A DNA stretch of 64,000 nt from assembly GCF_964355755.1 (NCBI RefSeq), contig NC_092680.1, forward strand, positions 7,626,001-7,690,000, read 5' to 3'. The position numbers were made by a program, and so were the translations under genes. Of the stretch, positions 52,901-63,194 are shown in pieces; the first letter of the stretch is position 1, and each line of letters starts with the position of its first letter. The stretch is from Antedon mediterranea (taxonomy: Eukaryota > Animalia > Echinodermata). The notes below the pieces were generated by a model. The model saw nothing but the letters and a program-made list of their open reading frames with translations. It was not told the origin of the DNA and searched no databases.

Positions 52901-55900
52901 CATTAATGTGCTCTGTTAGGCATAGCAAAAAAAGTAGATTCAAAGATAAAATGCATATGCACATAACCTAATTATTTTTGTCTAGTGGGAAACAGGCTTT
53001 AGCAGGATGGTAATCTCCAGACTTTGAAAGCCTAGATTTCTTCTTTACATTTAATTTTTACTTTTCACCATTTAAACATTGTACTAATTTCAGTGGCCCT
53101 AAAGGGATAGTATATTTGTCACTTGCCGCATATCTATTTCCTATTGCAATCTATATATTAATTGTACTGTGCATTGAGGTTTCAGGTAAATGTGATTTTC
53201 AAAGGATTATTTCTTAAGTTTAGAACTGGGTAACTATCTAGTTCCAAATGTTAATACTCATATGCAAGAATGTTATACATAAACTAATATAATTTCAGAA
53301 TAATGGTTAATTTTGAATTTAATTTTTTATTCCATAGCAATCCTTGAAGGTATTGGATATAAAGAAAGTTTTAGCTTTATTGAGGAGAAACTTGACCGAC
53401 AGGTTAGCCACTAAATCTTAAGCTCTGTCTACACTATCTAACTAGTTTGACAACAAAGGCATGATGTGCCCAAAAATGGTAGTGATATGCCCACAATATG
53501 GTAGTGATATGACATCATCATGTCCATATATGGATACAACACATTTTGTTGTCACATGTTTGATAGTGTAGACACAGATTTACTTAATTTTGTGTCTTAC
53601 TATTATACTATACAGTATAATGAAAGTTATAACACACTATTACACATTATTTTATTGAAGGATTGTTGGTCATATGATATTCAATAAAATACTCCAATGA
53701 ACTCCAAATTGGTTAAGGCCTCGGCCTGCCCTTTCGCTAATACTTAATAGGTGTGTTACAAAATGAATAAGGAATGTTTAAGTATATGTATGTGCAATGG
53801 AAAAAATAATTTCATTCAAGTAATGTTAAAATTATTTGAGCAATTTGTTTTCAAAATGATTATGTTTGAGTATTAGACCGAGCTATTACATTTTGATCCC
53901 CAATTTCTTTTTGTACTCATGGGGATACAGTCTCTACTTTGATAATGAAATATTTACTCTCTTATTGTAATTTTAATTCTTTTACAAACACTCCAGGATG
54001 AGGCCGGTAAGGTTAGTTAATTTTGTAATTAAAAGCATGATTGCCATTGTTTGGAGGTTTGTATGCGAATGCAAAATGAATGTAATGTTTTGATTTACTC
54101 TTAAGGCATGTTTATTATGACGATAAAACAACAAATAGTGGCGGACCTAGGACTTTGAAATAGAGGGGCCCAAAAACTGGTGAAATGAAGGACTGAGCTT
54201 AATTTGATAACTTATCTTCTGCATTACAATTTGCAAAATATAAGGGAGGATCTGCCCCTGAATATACATATTATTTTCCATCAAAGACAGTATGAATGGT
54301 TATCATAATATGTTGAAAAATTGTCTAATTTCTTTGGTTTTTGGGAAAAAAAATGTATCTACTGTATTTATCATCGTTTGTGACCATCCAGGCATAATGG
54401 TACTTCTTTTTCAACTATAAACCATTTTGCAAACATTCTTTTAAATTTTTAATTTACTGAGCTTCACATAGTATTTCACAAACCTATTGTTGAAGACTTA
54501 CAAATAGCAAATATTAGCTTATTTGGACATTTTCAATAAGCAATTATAATATGAAAAAATTACTGGCAAATTGCTAGTTTGCTGAGTGGATTTAAAGCCA
54601 TGAGTCAAATCCTTACTTTTTACTACAAAATAAAATTTTTAATTAAGGTTCTTGGATTTACTAGTAATCCAAGATAGGATGAACATTGTTATTTTGGTGG
54701 CCATAATGATTAGCATCTCATTCTAATTCAAATCATCAAACTAATAAATTACTATACTTTATAAGTTTTTTTCTTTTTGCCTCTCTTAGATGAATTATAT
54801 TCTCTCACATCGCATGAATTTGTCTTTTAATGTATATTGTAGGTACTGTAGTAGTGGTTTATTTCCTTTACAAATGCATGTATAACTAGAAAGTCACTCC
54901 GAGAGTGCATACCTCCGTCTACTGTAAAATTCTTCTTGCATAAGATTGCTCCGGGAAAAAACAAAATATATTTGTTTGTGTCTTAATGCTGTTTGTGATT
55001 TAGGCTAATTTCACTACAAGCATGTGTATGCGAGTTTGGTGTAATGGTTATGTAACAAGCCTTTCAATATTAACAATAGCTTCAGTTGACTAACAATAAA
55101 ACAGCAACGAGAAATCAAACAAATAAATTTGAAAAGAAATAGGTTTTTTAAACTACTCGCATCAAAAAAGGTGTACATTAAATCAAAGTATGTTTTAAAA
55201 TTACAAATCACAAATAATAACTCTTGCCTCTTGTACAATAATGAAGTTTTTTAGACAAGTAGTTCTCGAGAAAAAATGCAATTTCAGTTTACTGCTTTTG
55301 AAAAATTCTGTCCTATCTTTTAACACTAGCAGGTCTGAAAAGTATATTAAAAAGTGGTCCAGAATTGGGACCATGGTCCTAAATGGTCCCAGAATTTAAT
55401 GGAATGGTCCTTGACCACTGTATATTCATTTTGGTAAAGATCTTGTAATACATTTTTTGTGTAATCCTGCTAACAAAACAAACAGACAAACAAACAGACA
55501 AACAAACAGACAAACAAACAGACAACACACGCAATCGATTACATACTGTATACCTCCGTGGCGGAGGTAAATTAAAATAATGTTTGCATGGTGTGAATCC
55601 AGTAACGACTAGCAACAACCAAAAGGTCAAGACGTTCTCAACTTAAGTTATTTCCTTGTTCTTGGAACCACATGGTCTACATCAAACCTAAAGCTCTGTC
55701 TACACTACATTAGTTATGACAAAATAGTGTGATGTGCCCATATATGGTAGTGATATGACATCATCATGTCCATACATGGCCACAACACATTTTTTTGTCA
55801 CATAAAGTTTGATAGTGTAGACAGAGAGCTTTACTTTGGTAATAAATGTACAGTGTATGATAATTTAATAATACGGACTGGCTGGCAAGATTATTTAAAA

Positions 55901-58900
55901 ATTATTTAATTAATTATTTTGGAAATTTTTGTTCCAACACAAATACCAATATACCTTATTTGACAGAGGTAATTTAACAGCTATTTCGGTAATTATGAGT
56001 TTCAGCAGAGTTATAATTATGTTTAAATGAATTTATAGTTAATGGTAAAATCAGGTAGTTCATGTTTTGTCAGTGGAAGCAGGTTCATCTAGCAAGAGAT
56101 CTTGATTTTTTTTGGCACATTTTGTTCAAAGTTTCACCATTTGTTTCATTTTTTAAAAATAATTTGGTTCTGTGAATGATCGTTTCATTGTTGCTATATC
56201 CAATTCTTTCATTCTTTATTTCTGGGGGTAAAATGCAGTTTTTGAAATGATAATTCATACTTGTTCCATTTACGGAATATGGCAGTATGAAAACATATTT
56301 GAATGATACCATCTTCTTTGTGAATGCAGCTTTAATATCCTCCATCTACTATATTTTCACTGCTATTAATTGATTATTACCACACAAAGTACTGTGATCT
56401 TGTTTATGTTAACTTGTAAATGTTAAATTTAATTTGTTTATAATATAAATATATTATTTTTCTATATTCATACATTATGGTACATAATGATGAAGACGTT
56501 TATTTGGAAATTAATAAAAAATAAATCATATTGTTAATTTAAAAAAAAATAACATATTTTATTTAAAAAAATTATTTGTACATATATTTATTCGTACAAA
56601 ATCTCATGAGATTTTATTTTAATAGCTTTAATATTTTGTTGATACCATGTTCCACTTTTTAACATTTATGAATCATTTTTTAAATTATGATATGTTATTT
56701 TGTTTTCAAATATGCAATGTTTAGGGAATAATTCCTTAATTATGCGATAAATATTATTATATTATTAGAAACAAAACACAAACTTAAAAGTCTGTTTCAT
56801 GAGGTTTAACCTTTTATATGACATACATCATTATTTCAGAATAGAGAAGAGACTACACTTGAAGTAAAACATGTTCAAGTGTCTTTTACTTCCTACCGAC
56901 ATACCCATATTATACCCTAACCTTTTGATAATGATGTGCCCCTCTTTCCCCCAACCGACATACCCATATTATACCCTTTACATTTTGGTAATAATGTGTT
57001 GTGCCCCTCTTTCCCCCAACTGACATACCCATATTATACCCTTTACATTTTGGTTATAATGTGTTGTGCCCCTCTTTCCCCCAACTGACATACCCATATT
57101 ATACCCTAACCTTTTGATAATGATGTATTGTGCCCCTGTTTCCCTACAACTGACATACCCATATTATACCCTTTACATTTTGGTAATAATGTGTTGTGCC
57201 CTTCTTTCCCACAACCGACATACACATATTATACTCTTTACATTTTGATAATGATGTATTATGCCCCTCTTCCCCCCAACCGACATACCCATATTATACC
57301 CTTTACATTTTGATAATGATGTATTCTGCCCCTCTTCCCCCCAACCGACATACACATATTATACCCTTTACATTTTGATAATGATGTATTATGCCCCTCT
57401 TCCCCCCAACCGACATACACATATTATACTCTTTACCTTTTGATAATGATGTATTATGCCCCTCTTCCCCCCAATCGACATACACATATTATACTCTTTA
57501 CCTTTTGATAATGATGTATTATGCCCCTCTTCCCCCAACTGACATACCCATATTATACCCTTTACCTTTTGGTAATAATGTGTTGTGCCCCTCTTTCCAC
57601 CAACTGACATACCCATATTATACCTTTTGGTATTAAATATATCAAGTCCATCTTTCTCCCAAATGAATGAACACACTTTATATTATTGAATCAAGTTTGA
57701 TATATGGTTTTTTAAAGGAAAGAAAATACAATAAATGTACAGTTTTATGTTTACTGCTATATTGTATTTCCTTATGTTATAAGTTAATAATTGAATTACA
57801 TTTGTTTTATCAAAGTTAAATAAAAAACAGTAAGTTCTTCTTCTTTATTGTATCAAACAAAAACAATTTCAATACAAAAGGTAGCCAAGATATAGCCGAA
57901 GCTAAAACATTTCTTCCCACATTCTGCTATACAATATTTGTGTTCACATTTGCGAAAACAGAATGTTATTGTATATATAAATATTTGTTGATTGATTCAA
58001 ACATGTACTACAAATGGAGAGAGGCATTATATACCAATAGATACAAGTTTTGGTCCTCTCTCCTTCATCTTTTTTGTTTTCTCTGTAATGTATTATACCA
58101 TTATTATGGAAAATTGTCTGAAATAAAAGTTGAATTGAATTGTTGAATTGAATTGAATTGAACATTCCATATTTATAAAAACATAAATATAGAAATAAAG
58201 TATCGATAAAGATTATCTAACATTGTAGACGACATTGTATTTGTGATGATAGTAAAATGTATTCTTAATAGCAGAATTTAACAAAGTATGATTGAACCCA
58301 AGCTAATCATCATGTTGTACATACTGTAGGTTACAGTGTTTCTATAGCTAGTAGCATATGACTAATTAGCTTGCCTAAAAACAAGTGACAACAGACTATG
58401 CTACGTATTCCCAGGGTAGCCCTGTTATCGATGATAAACGTGTGCACTAACATGACTGAAAGATCAACTTCTATAAACTTGATTAATAATAATTGCCTAT
58501 TAATTATCTGCAACTGTACTGAATAAATACCACACAAGTATAATAAATAATTGACACACTTTAATTTATAAATTTATGTTTTAGTCGATCTATTTGTCCT
58601 TATGATCAACTGAAATCGTAGATATTAAGTTTGTCCACTATGTGAATATGCCGTATTGGAATAAATTTACATTGTTTGCTTATTACTTAAATACTAGAGG
58701 ACCTATACAGAGTTATCTTTTAAAATAAAATATTTTTTAAATAACTACTACTTATTTAGCCCATTCGTGTCTGCGTTTACATGCGGGTCATCAATTCAAC
58801 ATTATGTGACCTGCATATTTAGAATTCCTGCTTCATGCTATTTTGTTGATGTACATTATTTTTACAAGCAAGTACCTGTCTAGGACGGGTTACGCTACCT

Positions 58901-61900
58901 CCCATGCCCCCAAGATATTTTGTGTATAATTAATATTAAAAGTGGTAGATGAACGACGCCAACAATTATTTTAGAATTTAGATTAAAAAGGCGTTACACA
59001 AGTAAACTTTATTACAAAATATGTCAAATTCTGAGTTTCCGTAAAATCAGTAATTTGGGAAAGCTTATTGGGTGTGGGTTAAAGTTAATTATGTTATACC
59101 TACAGTATAATTTTGATGCACATGTAGTTTTATAACCCTTTTTTTGTGAATTGTGCCTTAGTCCTATTTGCTAGTGTTTTTATATGTAGGCCATAATAAC
59201 AATTGTTGTGACCTTTTAGCTAATTTAAATGCTTATAAATGTAATTGAACATGCCTAGTTTATATTCTAGTGTTTATTGATCAATTTAAAAACTCATCGC
59301 ACTATGAAACAAATCTTGATGGCATTTATATTACTTGAATGTGTGTGATCGTGATGTTTTATGTGAAAGTGTAATACTGTTAGTAAATCTTATTCACCAT
59401 TTCACCGATCCATATGGTATTCATGTTAGATTACATTAAAAATATTTTGACCTTTATGAATGTTGATATCATGGTTGACTAGATATTTCAAAGATTTCAT
59501 TTTAATATTGCGTGGTTTTTAGAGTGGTTGAGTTTGAGATTGATTGGTCTACATTTTAAATTTATTGATAGATATGCCATTAATAATAAACATCAAATGA
59601 CCATTAAAATATTAAATATCTATAAAAATAATGACTTGGTTTTTATACTAAAAAAAATTATTTGGTTTATTATTAACAGTGTACGTTAACATTGTTTTTA
59701 ATTTTGTATTTCATTTCAGGCTTCAGCTTCAAAAACTTTGAGATTAATGTGTTTACTCTCTTTAACTTCAAATGGTTTGTAAAATATTTTGAAAATTATT
59801 ATATATAGCAATGTTTAAAAAAGTCTGGAAAAACTAAAACTTAACAAGAAACTAAAATCATCTCAACTGCACGTATGTCAACATATTCTGTTACTTTGAG
59901 TTGTGGTCAGTTGCTCAAAGCGCTTATGTCGACAGTTGAATTGCGTTGACGTCTATGTCGACATACTGTAAGTCCGCCTTTACTGTGTACATAGGGTATA
60001 GAACACATATTCAATAATTCAGATATCTTTTGTGTTTGGGAATATTTTAGTTTTGAAGCACAATCCTCATGTAATATTTTGAACAACTTTTTCATTTTCC
60101 TTTTGTAATCTAACATTTTAAAATTCTACCAGGACTGCCAAGTAAAGACTTCAAAACATTGCAGTCACATTTCCTTCAAAGCTATGGCTATGAACACCTA
60201 TTGACACTCAACAATCTGAGACTATGTGGGTTGTTTACTGAGCAACAGTCAACTGAAGTCTCCAAACTCTCCATGTCTGATGTGCAGAAACTGGCAGACA
60301 AAGCCCTCAAGAGAACGGCGTTTAGAGCAATTTGTAAAAAATGGAATTTGGTAGGTCTAGCCTAGTTTTCTAATATTTTATGTGACATATTTTCTGTCAC
60401 AAATGTTGGTATATTTCTAATAGCAAATAGATAATGCGACATCAAAGCTTGGTTCCCACTAGGACCCAACACAAGGGTGTAAACGCTAACACAACCAAGT
60501 TGACAAATGAACAGTTTGAATCATTTCACTTCCGTTGCGCTTAGGTCCTTGCGTTGGATCCTAGTGGGAACCAAGCTTTAAATAGCACTATTTCATACAG
60601 ATCAGTGCATTTTATGGACGTTATGTTGTATCCCTAAAGGATCATGTTATGCCACTACAGGCACTCTTTCATCAGTTCACAAAAATACAGTGGAGTGCCT
60701 CTTTATCTACTTAAAGTTACAACATTTAAATGAAGTACATTTGATGATTGATCTTACTGTACAAACCTATATGCTGATGGTGTCTTAATAGAGAGATTCA
60801 ACTGTTAATGTTGATTTTGATAAATATACTTCTCATCTCAAAACGATATTTCTCTGTCTTTTACTTTTCAGATTCCGAAAGATAATGTTCAACTTCAAAA
60901 TCCATCAGATATGTCGTATGTGTTTAGTGGTGTATACACGCCACTCATCTGTAAGCTGATAGAACAGGTTAGTTTTTCATGATGGAAGCTTTGTATGCAT
61001 GTACAAACTCTGTATATTCTATCATATTCATTGTGTTACCATCTTTTTGCCAATTTTCGGTTTGTTATCTTTTATCTTTACGCTTTATAGTTTTTAGACA
61101 TACTTCTACTATTTCGTGCCATACATTCCTGTTGTGGACAGGGTGTCGTGTATCAATAAACCTGTGTAGTTCAGTACATTTTTCACTTTGTAATTTTTGC
61201 CCATTGCCATTTTGCCCACTAGATCTAGTTTTGTGTGTCGTATTATCTGGAAGTCTTATAGATGCTCGTCGTCTTCTTTTTATCTCATGTCTGAATTTTT
61301 TTCCATGTTTACCATACTGTAAATTTCTTCATTTCACTTTATCCGTTTATTGTTTAATGTAAAAAAGATGATGTAAAGTGTTGCTGTTGGTAGTATATTT
61401 TCAAAGCTGTTCTTGTAGTAATGAGCTTCATTATTTCTTATATTCCCTTGTTTTTAAAATGTATTTCTGGGTCAGAACTTTATCAGGAATGATGTTCACT
61501 GTTTAAAAGTCTAATTAAATATATCTAAATAAAAAAAAAAAAGAATAAATCGATAACAAAACAGAAGACATTACTAAGAAAGATATTATATGGCGTCTGT
61601 TAAAAAAAATGTATGTTGATGGCTCCACTCTATTTCTCTAAACTACAATTACGATTTATAAAAAAAAATAAAACGTCCTCTACCATAACAGCTGCATTGA
61701 TTTTTATTATTCGCAGACTCTCATGAAAAGTCCGTCTAGCACTTTAGAAGAAGTGGTAAAATTGTTACCAGGAGACAACTGCACATTTACAAGAACCATG
61801 TCTGCCAAAGGTAATATCTGAAAATAATCAAACAACCATGGTCCCATAAGTACTGACATTTAATTGCATTTTGGATGAATTTAAAAGCATTTTGTTAGAA

Positions 61901-63181
61901 GCTTAAATAATTGTTTTAATGTTTTATTTGTTAATCCCAAAAGAATACATTATGATCATATTATTATTATTATTTTATTTTGCTATTTATTATAATTACA
62001 TTCGGCTATTATAATCCACCATCATACCAGTTTTTTTATAAATATACATAAGTGATTTTTGTAATGTAGCCATAATTAATATACCATTCACAACTAAAGG
62101 AGTGTTTTTTCCATAGACAGGGATTTACTTCATCATTGAATTGCAATTTACAGTAATTTAAATTGAACTTTATCATCACATTTTATCAACATCAATATCA
62201 GGATCATCAATATAACAAAAAATGGAATTATCATTGTCATTATTGTCACCACCAATTAACCAATTAAAGTACTTTATATTAACATCGATATAATATCATC
62301 GTCATTATTGTCACCACCAATCAGAGTACTTTATATCAAATTTTATCATTACATTTTAATCAACATCAAAATCAGGATCATAATATCGTCATCATTATTA
62401 TCATCCTCATTATTGTCACTATCATTTTTCTCATTTTGATTGTTAGTATCATCAACATCACATCCTGATTACACTTTCAAAATCTCATCATTTCAAATTT
62501 ATTTGTTCATAATGAAATCTATTTTTGTGCATTTATGACAGCACGTTGCTTTGGGTTTTGTAGAATGTCAATCCACTGATTAAAAAGCTAAAATGACATA
62601 CTGTAGCATGGAGCATGTGTTGTATTTCTGCTATTGCCTTGTGTAATAGTGTAAATTGTCGAGAGACCATTTTCGACATTTAGTACTATATAATTTGTTC
62701 TTGTAATTTAAATCTTAATGTAAACAAATAACCAGCATATAAAAATGTATTATGCATCATAATTTGTGTAATGTGTTAGGTATCGCTATGTTTTCTAGTG
62801 TTACATGGAGCCTAGTGTATTTGAAACCATAACAAATCGTATTATATTATATATTTATATTTCCTAAAAATTGAAACATGTACAATTCAAACTAACATAA
62901 AGTAAAAAAGCTTTCTAAGAAACATTTTTTTTTATTAATAACACTAATAATAATAATAAATAATAATATCAAAAACATTTAAATCTACTCAAAACATTTT
63001 TGGTAAATGATAGCAAATGAAAATAAGTTTGAAATAATATGAATAATATTGTATTGGTTACACATTGCAGGTCAAGGGTCAGGAGCTGCAAAATCATCTT
63101 CTAAGGTTGTGTTAGTATATTTCCTTGGTGGATGTACATTTGCTGAAATAGCTGCTCTTCGTCTTCTAGGTGCAATGAAAG
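31877..63181 (+). CDS. VPS33B: Vacuolar protein sorting 33B (Sec1/Munc18 family); 19 exons in window, final exon beyond window end
   Basis: 19 GT-AG exons join to 1741 nt in one frame. The peptide is collinear with human VPS33B as recalled ([73 protein letters not shown]). Confidence 0.95.
32435..32515 (+). CDS. VPS33B: VPS33B exon 2
   Basis: ag| MPDSKDLVIEPKLMKILDRIAGAQLLR |gtacat. Confidence 0.9.
32546..32865. mobile_element. MITE with ~50-bp imperfect TIR and TTA TSD
   Basis: tta|TGCACTTGTCAATTGTATGACCC...GGGTCATACAATTGACAAATGCA|tta. Confidence 0.75.
33094..33253 (+). mobile_element. MITE family H2 copy
   Basis: agctctgtctacact...agtgtagactagagct. Confidence 0.75.
33393..33454 (+). CDS. 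VPS33B: VPS33B exon 3
   Basis: ag| NHGASKIFKLEPNSPKTDSGQ |gtaagt. Confidence 0.88.
33626..33920 (+). mobile_element. tRNA-derived SINE with CORE-like central domain and L2-like tail
   Basis: A box TGGCGCAGTG, B box GGTTCGAATCC, ggcaagatacttt...gcctctctccacccaggtgtataaatggg, gcgctatataaat plus (ATT)n. Confidence 0.8.
34120..34169 (+). CDS. VPS33B: VPS33B exon 4
   Basis: ag| RMYICRPTAENMKVIA |gtaata. Confidence 0.88.
34477..36177. mobile_element. Academ-like non-autonomous DNA element carrying ~365-bp internal tandem repeats
   Basis: ata|TAGTCCATGGGCTGGAGGGGGTTACCGT...ACGGTAACCCCCTCCAGCCCATGGACTA|ata (28-bp perfect TIR, 3-bp TSD); four internal units. Confidence 0.82.
36316..36383 (+). CDS. 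VPS33B: VPS33B exon 5
   Basis: ag| DHIKSDKQGGKKTLYTVALIPKK |gtattt. Confidence 0.88.
36820..42892 (+). mobile_element. Near full-length but disabled CR1/L2-group LINE in VPS33B intron 5
   Basis: ORF1 (37108 to ~38410) has a PHD finger, coiled coil, SGNH esterase (GDSM, HVGTNN, GLHL) and a Cys/His knuckle. ORF2 (~38700-42300) has APE (VAETFL, MGDFNA, IDYM, SDH), the RT N-terminus and a C-terminal CxxC-H-C motif. (ATTAT)n tail. 5' boundary approximate. Confidence 0.88.
41472..42098. mobile_element. Kolobok-like MITE inserted in LINE ORF2
   Basis: ttaa|AGACCCCTTCCCT...AGGGAAGGGGGCT|ttaa; LINE coding sequence resumes afterwards. Confidence 0.78.
43073..43118 (+). CDS. VPS33B: VPS33B exon 6
   Basis: ag| MYICEVIMEEEGVYG |gtgagt. 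Confidence 0.9.
43308..43545. repeat. Long imperfect inverted repeat (foldback)
   Basis: aaaacaaaataatgacagcaactatagact...gatattgttgttt mirrored by aaacaacaatatc...agtctatagttgctgacattattttgtttt. Confidence 0.78.
44058..44152 (+). CDS. VPS33B: VPS33B exon 7
   Basis: ag| DVTFEECKLGLIPLDNDILSLELPEFFKSFYL |gtatgt. Confidence 0.92.
44561..44665 (+). CDS. VPS33B: VPS33B exon 8
   Basis: ag| HGDQSWISPIVNSLINLQ...QGRCAK |gtgagt. Confidence 0.92.
45143..46110 (-). mobile_element. Helitron Hel-A copy, 5'-truncated, with ~230-bp internal duplication
   Basis: 3' hairpin-CTAG at 45143; the ataccacttgatacag block occurs at ~45549 and ~45782. Confidence 0.82.
46464..47396 (-). mobile_element. Helitron Hel-A copy lacking its 5' ~185 bp
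   Basis: 3' hairpin-CTAG at 46464; inverted homology to 47583-48727. Confidence 0.82.
47399..48727 (+). mobile_element. Helitron Hel-A, full length (1329 bp)
   Basis: A|TCTATATATAAATTTACG...CTAGATGGTACGCGAGCGAAGCGAGCGTACCATCTAG|T. Confidence 0.88.
49045..49250 (-). mobile_element. L2-like LINE 3' end remnant
   Basis: Minus strand FKSALKIHLF-like coding end, gcgcc...ggcgc stem and (TTA)n tail. Confidence 0.55.
49390..49564 (+). CDS. VPS33B: VPS33B exon 9
   Basis: ag| MVLEM...[35 protein letters not shown] |gtatgt. Confidence 0.93.
50272..50585 (+). mobile_element. tRNA-derived SINE with Deu/Nin-like central domain
   Basis: A box TGGCCGAGCGG, B box GGTTCGAG; ggataaggactataaaccgtaggtcc...ttaaagaacc...gagtaggg...accccggtgt resembles the recalled Deu domain; stem-loop 3' part and (AAAC)n tail. 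Confidence 0.8.
50722..50795 (+). CDS. VPS33B: VPS33B exon 10
   Basis: ag| GYCEFGKDVTGTDKNIKLLLNYEDD |gtaagt. Confidence 0.91.
50936..51022 (+). CDS. VPS33B: VPS33B exon 11
   Basis: ag| VFEEIRNRHITNVFSFLKAQAQHVQSGYM |gtgagc. Confidence 0.92.
51589..51682 (+). CDS. VPS33B: VPS33B exon 12
   Basis: ag| KGKNITQIGQMKDFVSNELKDLKQQSKSLTI |gtaagt. Confidence 0.91.
51862..52015 (+). mobile_element. MITE family H2 copy
   Basis: taa|agctctgtctac...gtagacagagct|taa. Confidence 0.78.
52080..52157 (+). CDS. VPS33B: VPS33B exon 13
   Basis: ag| HIGASEKILQQTTNEPDSKEHLQTEH |gtaagg. Confidence 0.9.
52584..52709 (+). mobile_element. MITE family H2 copy
   Basis: taa|agctctgtctacactatcaaact...agtttgatagtgtagacagagct|taa. 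Confidence 0.82.
52717..52890. repeat. Palindromic MITE-like element built from TCTAGAAAACTCAGA subunits
   Basis: gtgtctagaaaactcaga...tctgagttttctagacac, self-complementary throughout. Confidence 0.8.
53338..53402 (+). CDS. VPS33B: VPS33B exon 14
   Basis: ag| AILEGIGYKESFSFIEEKLDRQ |gttagc. Confidence 0.91.
53421..53579 (-). mobile_element. MITE family H2 copy, reverse orientation
   Basis: tta flanks; internal sequence is inverted relative to the other copies. Confidence 0.78.
54884..55570 (-). mobile_element. HINE/DINE-1-like (Helentron-associated) element
   Basis: Minus strand: TTACCTCCGCCACGGAGGTA subterminal IR, (TGTC/TGTT)n microsatellite, 3' CGGAGGTA, CACTC-TCG-GAGTG stem-loop, TTCTAGTT. 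Confidence 0.8.
55692..55830. mobile_element. MITE family H2 copy
   Basis: taa|agctctgtctacacta...tagtgtagacagagagct|tta. Confidence 0.75.
56893..57630. repeat. 65-bp minisatellite, about 11 units
   Basis: cccctcttcccccaaccgacatacccatattataccctttacattttgataatgatgtattatg unit. Confidence 0.93.
57953..58162 (+). mobile_element. LINE 3' tail, same family as 16290-16812
   Basis: Near-identical to 16627-16812; (GAATT)n tail. Confidence 0.8.
59720..59774 (+). CDS. VPS33B: VPS33B exon 15
   Basis: ag| [18 protein letters not shown] |gtttgt. Confidence 0.9.
60133..60350 (+). CDS. VPS33B: VPS33B exon 16
   Basis: ag| [25 protein letters not shown]...FRAICKKWNL |gtaggt. Confidence 0.93.
60446..60577. 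mobile_element. MITE family H1 copy
   Basis: agcttggttcccactagg...cctagtgggaaccaagct. Confidence 0.75.
60872..60967 (+). CDS. VPS33B: VPS33B exon 17
   Basis: ag| IPKDNVQLQNPSDMSYVFSGVYTPLICKLIEQ |gttagt. Confidence 0.92.
61090..61500 (-). mobile_element. Decayed RTE-like 3' coding remnant
   Basis: Minus strand IKRRR..IRLPDNT...NRNVWHEIV resembles the C-terminus of the RTE at 14690-14940. Confidence 0.5.
61717..61810 (+). CDS. VPS33B: VPS33B exon 18
   Basis: ag| TLMKSPSSTLEEVVKLLPGDNCTFTRTMSAK |gtaata. Confidence 0.88.
63071..63181 (+). CDS. VPS33B: VPS33B exon 19
   Basis: ag| [37 protein letters not shown] |gtaagt. Confidence 0.93.
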
Positions 63182-63194
63182 GTAAGTACATTTC

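Noticed and set aside
54790-54842. Strong acceptor suggesting an extra VPS33B exon
   Set aside because: Weak donor, 53-nt frameshifting length and no Sec1-like peptide.
56085-56345. 86-aa minus-strand ORF as a possible nested gene in VPS33B intron 14
   Set aside because: No recognisable domain or partner exons; needs RNA-seq or BLAST support.
57066-57676. Cluster of short ORFs on both strands
   Set aside because: Artefacts of the 65-bp minisatellite.
60979-61362. 127-aa hydrophobic plus-strand ORF
   Set aside because: It is the antisense shadow of a decayed RTE remnant.
31877-63181. VPS33A as an alternative identity
   Set aside because: [17 protein letters not shown] and EHAILEG match VPS33B as recalled, not VPS33A.
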